DNA from: Pseudobdellovibrionaceae bacterium
Lineage (GTDB): Bacteria > Bdellovibrionota > Bdellovibrionia > Bdellovibrionales > Bdellovibrionaceae
DNA: 42,624 bases
Direction of reading: 5' to 3'
Assembly (NCBI GenBank): GCA_046315835.1
Contig: JBKCXY010000207.1
Coordinates: 1-42,624 of the forward strand
The position numbers were made by a program, and so were the translations under genes. Of the stretch, positions 1 through 9,483 are shown piece by piece. Position 1 is the stretch's first letter; each line of letters opens with the position of its first letter. The notes under the pieces are model-generated. The model had not been told where the DNA came from and did no database searches. It saw nothing but the letters and a program-made list of their open reading frames with translations.

Positions 1-2889
1 CTTGAGAAGATCACTGATCCGCCGATCAATGAGCTTTTTAAACTCCCGCAGAAGTTTAGAACTTCACCCCCGAGAGGGGAGTTGTGGCTGCGCCGCGCCG
101 ACCTCTCTGTAGAGACGGCTGGGGTGATCGAGTACCGCAAGCAAGGGGACTTTGATCAAAAATTGCGCGATTTTCAAGAAGGTCGTAGCAAAGCAAAACC
201 GACTCTGGACCTACGAGATGCGAAAGAATTCAACAAGAAGGCGATCCAGCTCTATGAATGGTTTCTCAGGGATTTTCCAAAGGATGAGAAAACCGATCAG
301 GCCCTCTTTTTCTTGGGCTATAACAATTTTGAGATTGGGGAGCTTAAAAAGGGGACCCAATATTATTCTCGGCTGACCAAAGAGTTTCCGCGCTCGCCCT
401 ATGTGGTGGAAGCTAATTTTGCTTTGGGTGAATACTACTTTGAGAATGAAAAATGGGCAGATGCACTCAAATCCTACCGGGAAGTCTTGAAAAATAGAAA
501 GCATCGTCTATTCACTTTTTCACTCTACAAAGCAGCATGGTGTGAGTTCCGAAGTGGGAACACCGAAAGGGCTCTCAAAACCATGGAACTTCTTGTGAAG
601 TCCAGTAAAGAGGCAACAGCGCAAGCTGCTGCTGGCCGTAAGGCTCTGAATAAAAATCGGCTCGAGTCTGAAGGTCTGAGAGATATCGTTTTGTTTTATG
701 CAGAAGTGGGTAACCCTGAGCAAGCGCCTGCCTATTTTGTGAATTTAGCAGGAAATGATTCTAAGAACTATCTTGAAAAACTGGCTTACTACTATGGAGA
801 CAAAGGTAATCTCCTGGGAGCAAGAACTGTATTTAATCATTTGATCAAAGAAGATCCAACAAATCCCAAGGCTTTCGACTTTAAGTACCAAGTGGTGCGT
901 CTGTATTCCAATGCCCGCAGGAGTCGTGAGTTCAGAGATGAAATGTTTGCTTGGATCCGAGATTTCGGAGTCGGAAGTAGCTGGTATCAAGCGAACAAAG
1001 GCAACACAGAGCTCGTAGATAGCTCTGTTCGTCTTCGTGAAGCAACTTTGAGGAACTATATTCTTCAACAACACCAGACGGCACAGAACTCGAGAGCGGC
1101 TTTTTCTCAAGGGCTCGCGGTGGAAGGATATCGTCTTTACTTAGGTGAGTTTAAATCTTCTGCTAGTATTGCAGACATGCATTTTTACTTTGGTGAATTG
1201 CTGTATGATATGAAGAGATACGACGATGCCAGTGCCCAATATCGCTGGGTGGTCGAAAATGGTCAGGGCAGCAAGTTTCAGTTGCAAGCTGCTGAGAACA
1301 TCGTGATCGCTCTGGAAAAAGATCTTCCCAAAGATGAGCAAATTGCTACAAAGGTGGGAAAGACTTTGGATCCGGTGGCCTTTGATCCCAAGGTGTCACG
1401 ATTTGTTGAAACATCCTTGTGGTACACCAATAAATTTCCAAGTTCAGAGAAAAATGTAGAGATGCAATTCCGCATTGGTCGCTTGCACTATCAACACAAT
1501 CAATTTGATCAAGCGATTCCTTACTTTCGCGAAATCGTTCAAAAGCATCCTCGAACAAAGTATGCCGAATATTCCGCCAATCTCCTTTTGGACATTTACA
1601 ATTTGCGAAAAGACTATGAGGGCTTAGCCAAAGCAGGTAATGAACTACTTGCCTTGCCAGGAATCTCTTCTTCCAAAGCGGGGGGTGATATTCGTGAAGT
1701 TCTTGAGAAAGCATCTTTCAAGAGAGCCCAAGATATGGAAGTTTCTAAAGACTATGCAGGATCTGCCGTGCAGTTTGAGGCTTTCTCAAAGCAGAATCCG
1801 ACTTCACCTTTAGCGACGACAGCGATTTTCAATGCGGCCATTAACTTTGAAAGAGCTGGTCAGAATTCTCAAGCCATTCGATCTCATGAGGCAGTCCTGG
1901 CATCTAAAGATAAGCCAGCAGATTCTCTCAAACCAAAATCACGTCGAATCCTCGCAAAACTGAAGCAAGATTCTGGTCGTTTGGATGAAGCTGCTCAGCT
2001 TTACCGGGCTTCGGCCATTGAAAGTAAAAATGATCCGCTGGCACCGAATATGTACTTTAATGCTGCGATCCTGTTTGAAGCTTTAGGAAGAAACAAAGAA
2101 GCGATCCAAAACTATCGATCTTTCTTTGACCTCAATAAAAAATCTGACCGAGTGGAGGCCATCTTTCAAATCGCAACGCTCCACCGAAAGGACGGGCAGT
2201 GGGCTGCGGCCGTTGAAAAGTATGAAGAGTACTTGCAATTGGGTGCCAAGGATCAGGAGAAAGTTGTTGAAGCCTCTTACTGGGTTTATGAAGGAAGTCG
2301 ACGCTTAGGAAGAAAGAAAGCGGCGGCTGAGTGGCAGGCTAAAACTCTGGCCACTCAAAAGAGATTTGCCCCCAACCGCAAAGGACCAGGCGCTCTGTAT
2401 GCCGCGAGAATTCGTATGGGACAAGCTCGCGAGCAATTTGACGAGCTCAAGAAGCTGCGGATCCCAGCAAATCCAGCAGAGCAGCAAAGAGCTGTTCAGA
2501 AAAAAATCACGTTTGTGACTGATCTCAATGCAGCACTGTCTGATGTGGTTAAATTTGACTCTCCCGAAGAAATTGTTTCTGCACTCTCTGTTCTTGGGCA
2601 AGTGAATGTTCATATGTCCGAGGCCTTGATCGGAGCGCCCTTGCCCTCGGGCTTGAACGAAGAGCAAAAGAAGCAGTACCAAGAAGGTGTCGCAAAAATT
2701 GCTGATCCTTTCGTGCAAAAGGGAAAAGAAAGCTTGCGGGCGTCAATAGCGCGGGCCTCTGAGTTGGATGCGTATCCTCAAGACTACTTCCAAGCTCGAA
2801 CGATTTTGTCTCGCTTGGAGCCAAACTCTGTCTATGAGCATGGCGAACAATCGGCTGAAATCAAATTTGGCAGCTGGATGGGGTTGTAA
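1..2889 (+). CDS. Large TPR-repeat protein, 5'-truncated by the window edge (GltD/AgmK-like position in a Glt/Agl-type cluster)
   Basis: The frame of ORF 82..2889 stays open back to nt 1 (LEKITDPPINELFKLPQKFRTSPPRGE precedes the listed TTG), so the true start is probably upstream of the window. Many TPR-like units are present (e.g. ALFFLGYNNFEIGELKKGTQYYSRLTKEFPRSPY, ANFALGEYYFENEKWADALKSYREVL, MQFRIGRLHYQHNQFDQAIPYFREIV). It sits first in the cluster with the genes below. Confidence 0.8.
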   Translation, partial: LEKITDPPINELFKLPQKFRTSPPRGELWLRRADLSVETAGVIEYRKQGDFDQKLRDFQEGRSKAKPTLDLRDAKEFNKKAIQLYEWFLRDFPKDEKTDQALFFLGYNNFEIGELKKGTQYYSRLTKEFPRSPYVVEANFALGEYYFENEKWADALKSYREVLKNRKHRLFTFSLYKAAWCEFRSGNTERALKTMELLVKSSKEATAQAAAGRKALNKNRLESEGLRDIVLFYAEVGNPEQAPAYFVNLAGNDSKNYLEKLAYYYGDKGNLLGARTVFNHLIKEDPTNPKAFDFKYQVVRLYSNARRSREFRDEMFAWIRDFGVGSSWYQANKGNTELVDSSVRLREATLRNYILQQHQTAQNSRAAFSQGLAVEGYRLYLGEFKSSASIADMHFYFGELLYDMKRYDDASAQYRWVVENGQGSKFQLQAAENIVIALEKDLPKDEQIATKVGKTLDPVAFDPKVSRFVETSLWYTNKFPSSEKNVEMQFRIGRLHYQHNQFDQAIPYFREIVQKHPRTKYAEYSANLLLDIYNLRKDYEGLAKAGNELLALPGISSSKAGGDIREVLEKASFKRAQDMEVSKDYAGSAVQFEAFSKQNPTSPLATTAIFNAAINFERAGQNSQAIRSHEAVLASKDKPADSLKPKSRRILAKLKQDSGRLDEAAQLYRASAIESKNDPLAPNMYFNAAILFEALGRNKEAIQNYRSFFDLNKKSDRVEAIFQIATLHRKDGQWAAAVEKYEEYLQLGAKDQEKVVEASYWVYEGSRRLGRKKAAAEWQAKTLATQKRFAPNRKGPGALYAARIRMGQAREQFDELKKLRIPANPAEQQRAVQKKITFVTDLNAALSDVVKFDSPEEIVSALSVLGQVNVHMSEALIGAPLPSGLNEEQKKQYQEGVAKIADPFVQKGKESLRASIARASELDAYPQDYFQARTILSRLEPNSVYEHGEQSAEIKFGSWMGL

Positions 2890-2891
2890 TC

Positions 2892-3725
2892 ATGAAAAAG
2901 CAGATTGCGATGTGGATTCTTTTAGGATTGATCAGTGGCTGCGGAAGTACCTCGAAGCAAGAGGTTGGTGAATCGGTGGATCTGACGCCAGCGGCGAGCG
3001 CGTCATTTTCTGCAGCTCCGACAACCACAGTTCAAGTCCCAAGGGCAGCGCCGACCCCTCCTGCAGGAAATCCGTTGAATGACGCCATCAAGTCGGGAAG
3101 CGACGAGCAAGTATATAGAGCGGCCACCGACATTTTAGCGGCAGTTCCGCAGGATCTGAAAGCTCTCAATGCCATGGGTCTTTATCATTATCGTAAGTCC
3201 CAGTTTAAAGCTGCTTTGTTTTTCTTTTCACGAGGTTTGAAAGTGGCTCCGAATTCTTCTGATCTCTATAATAATATTGGCCTTGCTCATTTAGGCCTTA
3301 ATGAGAAAAGGGAAGCTGTTGTTGCCTTTCGCAAAGCGATTGAGCTCAATCCCAACGATGCGAATGCGGCTGCAAACCTAGGTGCGATCTACATCCAAGA
3401 TAAGGACTACCCCAAAGCGAAAGTTGCTTTTGAAATTGCTCTCAAGAGGCATAGCAAAGATCCACGAGTTCTGACAAATTACGGAGTGGCCTTAGCTGCC
3501 TCAAAAGATTTTTCAGAAGCTGAAAAGCAGTATCAAGAGGCTCTCAAGCTGAACAGCAACTTTCAGCCGGCGCTTTTGAATCTAGCTATTCTGTATGTTG
3601 ACCATCAAAAAGAATTCGACAAAGGTCTAGATCTCATCAACAAACTTAAGTTCTTAGGACTTTCGTCTGAATCTAGGTCTCGAATTAATGCATTGGAAAT
3701 TAAAGCAAAAGCTGGTGTAAAATAG
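2892..3725 (+). CDS. TPR-repeat lipoprotein (GltE/AglT-like position)
   Basis: Signal peptide with lipobox LLGLISGC. Several canonical TPR units (LYNNIGLAHLGLNEKREAVVAFRKAIELNPNDANAAANLGAIY...). Starts 2 nt after the upstream stop. Confidence 0.8.
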   Translation: MKKQIAMWILLGLISGCGSTSKQEVGESVDLTPAASASFSAAPTTTVQVPRAAPTPPAGNPLNDAIKSGSDEQVYRAATDILAAVPQDLKALNAMGLYHYRKSQFKAALFFFSRGLKVAPNSSDLYNNIGLAHLGLNEKREAVVAFRKAIELNPNDANAAANLGAIYIQDKDYPKAKVAFEIALKRHSKDPRVLTNYGVALAASKDFSEAEKQYQEALKLNSNFQPALLNLAILYVDHQKEFDKGLDLINKLKFLGLSSESRSRINALEIKAKAGVK

Positions 3726-3741
3726 GGACTGAGGTTTCATC

Positions 3742-4008
3742 ATGAAGTTGGCAGCAGTGTTTTTTGCAGCATGGATGTTTTCTTACTCGAGTTATGGGCA
3801 GAGCACTCCATCTGCGCCCAAGGAAAGAAAGCAAACTTTAAGTTTTGAAGACGAACTTGTTGAAGGTTCAACTCAAAAGCCTGAGCTCTTCTACCTCTTT
3901 CAGAAGAAGAATTTTAACTATAAAAGACTGATTCGATTAAGAGAAAATTTTCTTCCGGAGATGAGAAGAACATCAGAGGACATCCAGCGCAGTCGGAGTT
4001 CGAATTGA
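3742..4008 (+). CDS. Small secreted protein, 88 aa (GltF-like position)
   Basis: N-terminal signal peptide MKLAAVFFAAWMFSYSSYGQ. GAGG lies 7 nt upstream of the ATG. Its stop overlaps the next gene's TTG start (TTGA). No recognisable domain. Confidence 0.6.
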   Translation: MKLAAVFFAAWMFSYSSYGQSTPSAPKERKQTLSFEDELVEGSTQKPELFYLFQKKNFNYKRLIRLRENFLPEMRRTSEDIQRSRSSN

Positions 4009-6023
4009 AATCGCCAATAATTCTCAGAATATTTAAAGGTCAGCAGCTCATCGAAGTGAAGCAGTTCGATAGAGATCAAGTCATCTTCGGACATGACGCA
4101 GAAGTTCAGTTGGAACTCAATGATGAATCTGTCTCTCCGATTCACTGTCTGATTGAGCTGAGAGACTCTGGATATTACCTCTGTGATTTGGGTTCAGCGA
4201 CAGGAACTCGAAAAAATGGAAAGCCGATTTTAGATGAGCCCCTGTCTTCAGGGGAGTACATTGAAGTCGGACCCTTTCGAATACAATTCTTTGTCGGTGT
4301 GCCGAAACCAAAGGAAGCACCACAAACCGCGGCAACGATTGTGGTCAAGCCAACGGCGGAGCCGAGTCCACAAATGAAACCGGAACCAGCACCCGTGGTC
4401 GTAAAGCCACCGGTTGTTGCTCCCGCAGCACCGCGAATTCCCGATCAGAAAGCTGGCTCTTCGAAAGCTCATAAGAAATCAAAACACGAAAAGACTTTTG
4501 CTCCGCCGAGTGAGATTCGTAATTTAAGGGATCATTTGCGACCAACAAAGGGTCCCGTGATTGAAGTCATTGTGGCTTGGCAGGAACGAGTTTTGACGAC
4601 TTCACATTTCATGTCGGAAGAAGTCATTACGATTGGATCTGATTCGAAAGCTGATATTCAAATTCCCTCACAGTTCTTGCGTGGTCTCCAGCCTTTCATT
4701 GAAACAAAGGGTGGTACAAGAGTGCTCGCAGGAATCGAGATGCAAGCAGAAGTTGTCAATTCGGCCCAGCAGATTCTGACCCAAGAAGAGCTCTTACGAG
4801 TCGGAAAAGCGACTCGAGCAGGCTCAGGTGTTGCAATCCGCCTTGATCAGGGTGAGATTGTTTGCCTCTCGATTGCTCAGGGAACTGTACAAATCTTTGT
4901 TAGAAATGTCGCAGCTGCCAATAAACCACTGATGGCACCACCCCTTGACCTGACTTCTGGTGAGCTGACGGGGCTCGTAGTGGCTTTGATGATTGTCGCA
5001 CTCACCGCTCTGTACATGAGCGTGTATAATCCTCCGGAAGTTGCTGAAGAGGAGCAAGAAGAGGTCGTGAGGCTGGCGGAATTTGTTTACAATAAGCCAC
5101 CAACGCCTGTGATTGAGCAGCCTCAACCGACACCGGAGCCCACCAAGCAGGAAGTTGAACAGAAGACTCCTCCGACCACAGTTCCTGTTCGTGTCCAGGT
5201 CACTGACAAGGAAAAACAGGCTGTCGCTAAGGGACAAAAAGATTCTATGAATGCAGTTCGTGAAACAGAAGCTGCGAAAGCCGCCGAAGTGAGACCTCGT
5301 CCTTCGAAGGTAGATCGGCCGAAGAAATTCACTTCCGTTAAACAGGGTGGAGCAACCAAAGTTGGTGAGACCGCGGGAGCTAATGCTCAAAGTAAAGATG
5401 TGAATAACGAAGGACTTCTTGCGGCCTTTGGTGGCGGAGGAATTCGCAAACAATTGGATCAAGCATATTCGGGATCCGGTGAGCTGCTGGGTATGGCGAA
5501 TGAGGCCAGCGGTCGTACGGGACAAAATGAATCTCGTCCTGGGGAAGATATCGGATCCAAATTCAAAGACACAGGAGCTGGTGGAAAAGGCACAGCCACC
5601 CAAGGGATTGCGGGAGTCGGCACGAAAGGCCGAGCTTCTGGTATGTCCACCTATGGTGGAGGCGTTGGCCTTGGTGGAAAAGGATCGGTGACGATCATTC
5701 CCGGCGGGGCTGATGAAGGCTGGGTGGGATCTATTGACCGCGAAGCTGTTCGTCGTGTGATTCGATCAATTCTCAATCAGATCAAGAGTTGTTATGAAAG
5801 ACAATTGCGTGTGAATTCGACTCTTGAAGGAAAAGTGATTATTCAGTTTGAAATTGCAGAGCAAGGACGTGTGCGAACTGCAAAAACGAAATCAACTTCA
5901 CTCAATGACTCGACGGTCGAGTCTTGTGTGGCTTCGCGAATTCGTGAAGCGCGATTTCCTGAGCCACCCTCAGGGACGATTGCCGTCGTTGATTTCCCAT
6001 TTGTATTTGGAGCTCAAAAATAA
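4005..6023 (+). CDS. FHA-domain / single-TM / TonB-like (AgmX-PglI type C-terminal domain) protein (GltG/PglI-like)
   Basis: N-terminal FHA signature (FGHDAEVQLELNDESVSPIHCLIELRDSGYYLCDLGSATGTRKNGKPI), a Pro-rich linker and a TM helix (LTGLVVALMIVALTALYMSVY). A Pro/Glu/Lys- and Gly-rich periplasmic linker follows. The C-terminus (IKSCYERQL...GKVIIQFEIAEQGRV...VESCVASRIREARFPEPPSGTIAVVDFPFVF) is typical of the AgmX/PglI TonB_C-like tail. TTG start with GGAG 6 nt upstream. Confidence 0.8.
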   Translation: MKSPIILRIFKGQQLIEVKQFDRDQVIFGHDAEVQLELNDESVSPIHCLIELRDSGYYLCDLGSATGTRKNGKPILDEPLSSGEYIEVGPFRIQFFVGVPKPKEAPQTAATIVVKPTAEPSPQMKPEPAPVVVKPPVVAPAAPRIPDQKAGSSKAHKKSKHEKTFAPPSEIRNLRDHLRPTKGPVIEVIVAWQERVLTTSHFMSEEVITIGSDSKADIQIPSQFLRGLQPFIETKGGTRVLAGIEMQAEVVNSAQQILTQEELLRVGKATRAGSGVAIRLDQGEIVCLSIAQGTVQIFVRNVAAANKPLMAPPLDLTSGELTGLVVALMIVALTALYMSVYNPPEVAEEEQEEVVRLAEFVYNKPPTPVIEQPQPTPEPTKQEVEQKTPPTTVPVRVQVTDKEKQAVAKGQKDSMNAVRETEAAKAAEVRPRPSKVDRPKKFTSVKQGGATKVGETAGANAQSKDVNNEGLLAAFGGGGIRKQLDQAYSGSGELLGMANEASGRTGQNESRPGEDIGSKFKDTGAGGKGTATQGIAGVGTKGRASGMSTYGGGVGLGGKGSVTIIPGGADEGWVGSIDREAVRRVIRSILNQIKSCYERQLRVNSTLEGKVIIQFEIAEQGRVRTAKTKSTSLNDSTVESCVASRIREARFPEPPSGTIAVVDFPFVFGAQK

Positions 6024-6039
6024 AGTCAGGGAGGACTAA

Positions 6040-6702
6040 GTGGAACCAACAGTGAACGACAGCATGCCTTTTTTACAGAGAGCCTTTATCGAGGGCGGAC
6101 CCGTCATGTACATTATTTTGTTCATCGGGATCATCACTCTTTTCTTAGTGATCGAAAGATTCCTAAAAATGCGTGAGTTTTCTGTGGATAAGAAAGATTT
6201 CATGGATGGAATTACAGCGGCTATCATGCGTGGTGATCTCCGACAAGCGATTGCGGCTTGTGATGCGAAGCCAGCGCCACTCACGCTCACAGTCAAAGCA
6301 GGTCTTGTGCAAGTGATGAACAAGCGACCTGATGAAGAAGTGCAGGTTGCAATGGATGCAGCGGTGCTCAGAGAAACGCCTAAGCTTGAAGGTTGGACAT
6401 CATTTTTAGCGGTGACTGGAAACATTGCGGTTCTGGCAGGTCTCCTTGGAACAATCATCGGTATGATTGGATCTTTCCGAGCTGTTTCTGCGGCTGATCC
6501 TGCGGAGAAGGCAGCCAAGCTCTCAGAAGGTATTTCTCACGCTCTGAACTGTACAGCGTTTGGTCTTTTGATTGCCATCATTGCCATCGTTGCTTACGGA
6601 TACTTTCAGTTAAGAATTCAAAGAGCTGAAAATGAATTGCATGAAACTTCGATGACACTCTTAAACCTCGTTGTTTCTAACAGAGATAAATTAAAGGAAT
6701 AA
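6040..6702 (+). CDS. MotA/TolQ/ExbB-family proton channel protein (AglR-like position)
   Basis: Three TM segments. Family motifs LGTIIGMIGSF and ALNCTAFGLLIAIIAIVAY. GTG start preceded by GGGAGG. Confidence 0.9.
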   Translation: MEPTVNDSMPFLQRAFIEGGPVMYIILFIGIITLFLVIERFLKMREFSVDKKDFMDGITAAIMRGDLRQAIAACDAKPAPLTLTVKAGLVQVMNKRPDEEVQVAMDAAVLRETPKLEGWTSFLAVTGNIAVLAGLLGTIIGMIGSFRAVSAADPAEKAAKLSEGISHALNCTAFGLLIAIIAIVAYGYFQLRIQRAENELHETSMTLLNLVVSNRDKLKE

Positions 6703-6705
6703 ACC

Positions 6706-7179
6706 ATGGCGCAAATTGAATCCGGCGGTGGAAGAGGTCGAAGAGTGAGCGTTGAGCTCAATCTTGTGCCTTTCATCGACTTGATGAGCGTTCTCATCAC
6801 GTTTCTGTTGATCACAGCCGTATGGACTCAAGTTTCCATGATCCAGATTGGAACCTCTCTTTATGGTAAGAGATCTGAAGAAACAGTTCCTCAGCTTCCC
6901 CCTGATGCGGATCTGGTCCTCAAGATTGATATTACCGATAAAGGTTATGTTCTGACGGTGGGGCGCCAGACAACTCAGCTCCCGCTTTTGAATAGCGAGT
7001 ATGATGAGGCCGGTCTTCTTGCTCAACTGGAAAAGACCAAGCAGATGTATCCCACAAAGACAGATGCAGCCATTGCAATGTCTGACCAGCTTCCTTATGA
7101 ACGTCTGATTGGTGGAATGGATATTCTCCTCAAAGCAGGCTTTCCAAAAATTTCTGTCCTCACAGGAGGGCCTAAGTAA
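6706..7179 (+). CDS. ExbD/TolR-family protein 1 (AglQ/AglS-like)
   Basis: Single N-terminal TM with the conserved Asp (LNLVPFIDLMSVLITFLLI), followed by a periplasmic ExbD-like domain. Confidence 0.85.
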   Translation: MAQIESGGGRGRRVSVELNLVPFIDLMSVLITFLLITAVWTQVSMIQIGTSLYGKRSEETVPQLPPDADLVLKIDITDKGYVLTVGRQTTQLPLLNSEYDEAGLLAQLEKTKQMYPTKTDAAIAMSDQLPYERLIGGMDILLKAGFPKISVLTGGPK

Positions 7180-7760
7180 TGGCAATTCATCAACCAGGTG
7201 TAAAGTTTCGTCGTAGTCGCCTGCTCAGGAGACAAAAAGGAAAAAGAGATGTCGTGGCGATTCTGTCTCTGACAGCCATGGTTGATATGTTCACTGTTTT
7301 GGTGGTCTTTCTTTTGCAGAACTATAACGTCACTGGACAAGTGCTGTTTCTGCCCAAAGAAGTCACGTTGCCAAGGGCTGAGCAAATTAAAGAGCTCGCT
7401 CCGGCTGTGGTCGTGACAATTTCGAGCAAAGAAGTTCTCATCGATAAAACGCCGATTGTTCCCATGGAGCAACTGAAGGCTCAGACGGATTGGATGATTC
7501 AGCCTCTCTATCAACAGGTCACAGAGGCCTTAAAAAAAGCCAAAGCCGAATTTGATCAAAATGTTCAAACAAGACTTCAGAAAGCCGTTGAAAATGCGCG
7601 GGGCGAAATGGATCAGGATCCCTTGGCCTGGAACAAAGTCACAATTCAAGCTGATAAAGGAATTGATTTCCTCACGGTGAAAAAAGTGATGTTCACGGTC
7701 AGTGAAGCGGGCGCTCGTGAAATCAATTTCGCAGTCACAAAAGAACGTACTCCCCAGTAG
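7179..7760 (+). CDS. ExbD/TolR-family protein 2 (AglQ/AglS-like)
   Basis: TM with the conserved Asp (LSLTAMVDMFTVLVVFLL). TAATG overlap with the upstream gene. Longer C-terminal domain than paralogue 1. Confidence 0.85.
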   Translation: MAIHQPGVKFRRSRLLRRQKGKRDVVAILSLTAMVDMFTVLVVFLLQNYNVTGQVLFLPKEVTLPRAEQIKELAPAVVVTISSKEVLIDKTPIVPMEQLKAQTDWMIQPLYQQVTEALKKAKAEFDQNVQTRLQKAVENARGEMDQDPLAWNKVTIQADKGIDFLTVKKVMFTVSEAGAREINFAVTKERTPQ

Positions 7761-7781
7761 AAATTCAGGTATAATGAGCCT

Positions 7782-8744
7782 ATGCAGAAGCTGACGACCC
7801 TCATCTTTCTTTCGATGGTTGGGGTTCTCTTTTTTCAAGTTCTTGTTGGGTTTCCTGTTCGTTTGGAGAACCCTCTTGATGATATTGTCAGAACTGAGTC
7901 TCTTTTCACAGGCGACAACTCTGCACAACAGAAGATGAAAGGTGTTCATCTTGTTGAGAGTAACTCCGGTGAGCGTGATTGGGAGCTATTTGCTGAAGTC
8001 GCTGAAGGTTATGAAGGCAAAGGTTCATGGCTCCTCAAGAATGTCAGAGTTCTTTTTTACAACGATGAAGTTGTCGACTTTACCGTCACGGGAAAGTCGG
8101 GAATGATTGACTCAAAAACCAAAGACATGACGATCGAAGGGGAAGTCAAAACTCAGTCGTCCAATGGCTATAGATTTGAAACTCCCTCGATGCAGTATCG
8201 GGCAAAATCTCGAATTCTTCTTTCTCCGGATAAAGTTAAAATGACAGGACCGCCCGATGTGCGAGGGGGGGCTCTTCAACTGGAAGGCGAGAGAATGGAA
8301 GCTCAAGTGGATCAGTCACTCATGACGATTGAAGCCGGTGTCTTGGCGAAGAAGTCTCTGATTGGGGGACGTCAGTTTAAGATTCATTCAGAAAAAGCAG
8401 AATTCTCAGGAAAGAGTAAGGCTGCGCGCTTTCTGAACCAAGTGGCGATCGAAATCGATAGTATGAAGCTTGAAGGGCCGGAAGCTTCTTTCAATTATAA
8501 AGATAGTACGGATTTCCTTCAGTCCATCATGGTTCGAGGGGGCGTCAAAGTCAGCGATATTGATAAGTATGCGACAGCTGAGAATGTGAAGTTTGACCCC
8601 AGCGAAAACAAATTCATCTTTTCGGGTCAGCCCCGAGTTGTTCAGAATAGTGATGAAATTGTGGGCGATCAAATTGTGTTTATTGATGGTGGGAAACGAG
8701 TTAAAGTGGAGAATATTCGAGCGAAAGTTGAGAAGAAACAATGA
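7782..8744 (+). CDS. LPS-export bridge protein with an LptC-like and an LptA/OstA-like module
   Basis: N-terminal TM anchor ([18 protein letters not shown]). An LptC-like segment follows ([11 protein letters not shown]...[22 protein letters not shown]...). Then comes an LptA-like segment ([46 protein letters not shown]). Sits directly upstream of lptB with an ATGA overlap. No separate lptA gene is present. Confidence 0.65.
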   Translation: MQKLTTLIFLSMVGVLFFQVLVGFPVRLENPLDDIVRTESLFTGDNSAQQKMKGVHLVESNSGERDWELFAEVAEGYEGKGSWLLKNVRVLFYNDEVVDFTVTGKSGMIDSKTKDMTIEGEVKTQSSNGYRFETPSMQYRAKSRILLSPDKVKMTGPPDVRGGALQLEGERMEAQVDQSLMTIEAGVLAKKSLIGGRQFKIHSEKAEFSGKSKAARFLNQVAIEIDSMKLEGPEASFNYKDSTDFLQSIMVRGGVKVSDIDKYATAENVKFDPSENKFIFSGQPRVVQNSDEIVGDQIVFIDGGKRVKVENIRAKVEKKQ

Positions 8745-9463
8745 GTCTACTCACAGTCAGTTCCATTTCAAAAGCTTTCAAAAAACGCCAAGTCGTGAAA
8801 GAGGTTTCTTTCACTGTCAGTTCTGGACAAGTGGTCGGACTGTTGGGTCCAAATGGAGCAGGAAAGACCACCAGCTTTTACATGGTGGTGGGTTTAGTGA
8901 AGCCAGATTCAGGAGATATTCAAATTGATTCGGAATCGATCGGTCGACTCCCGATGCATCAGCGGGCTCGTGTGGGGCTCAGCTATCTGGCCCAAGAGCC
9001 GAGTATTTTTCGGAAACTGACCGTCTCTGAAAACATTATCGTCGCTCTTGAAGCTCACGGGTATTCCGATTCGAGATTGAGTGAGCGATTAGAATCTCTT
9101 CTGCAAGACTTTCGTATTACCCACATTAGAGATAGCTATGGCTATGCCCTCTCCGGCGGTGAGCGCCGACGCGTAGAAATTGCACGAGCCCTTGCAGGCT
9201 CGCCCAAGTTTTTACTTCTTGATGAGCCCTTTGCAGGGATTGATCCCATCGCCGTTGTAGATATCCAGGAAATCATTCGACAGCTGAAAGCCAAGGGCAT
9301 TGGAGTTCTGATCACGGATCATAACGTCCGAGAGACACTGGGTATTTGTGATCAGGCTTACATTCTCAAAGATGGTCAAATACAAGTCCAAGGTACGGCT
9401 TCCGAAATTGCAAATTCCGAACTAGCCAAAAAGTTTTATTTAGGCGAAAATTTTAAACTGTAA
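8741..9463 (+). CDS. lptB: LPS export ABC transporter ATP-binding protein LptB
   Basis: Walker [10 protein letters not shown], signature [15 protein letters not shown], Walker [13 protein letters not shown] and [10 protein letters not shown]. Classical position upstream of rpoN. Confidence 0.9.
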   Translation: MSLLTVSSISKAFKKRQVVKEVSFTVSSGQVVGLLGPNGAGKTTSFYMVVGLVKPDSGDIQIDSESIGRLPMHQRARVGLSYLAQEPSIFRKLTVSENIIVALEAHGYSDSRLSERLESLLQDFRITHIRDSYGYALSGGERRRVEIARALAGSPKFLLLDEPFAGIDPIAVVDIQEIIRQLKAKGIGVLITDHNVRETLGICDQAYILKDGQIQVQGTASEIANSELAKKFYLGENFKL

Positions 9464-9483
9464 GGTAACACGAGAGGACTTTT

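Noticed and set aside
4824-5603. A 259-aa minus-strand ORF, plus other antisense ORFs (e.g. 6036..6518, 6691..7185, 7095..7514, 7530..7949, 10369..10602, 30241..30717, 32364..32801).
   Set aside because: All lie fully antisense to well-supported genes with family motifs. Their translations are low-complexity or Arg/Ser/Leu-rich, as expected for shadow frames.
7769-7774. A perfect TATAAT hexamer 8 nt upstream of the lptC/A-like start codon.
   Set aside because: There is no acceptable -35 at 16-18 nt, and the gene follows the upstream ExbD gene by only 21 nt. It is more likely read through from upstream; a leaderless-transcript promoter is not supportable.
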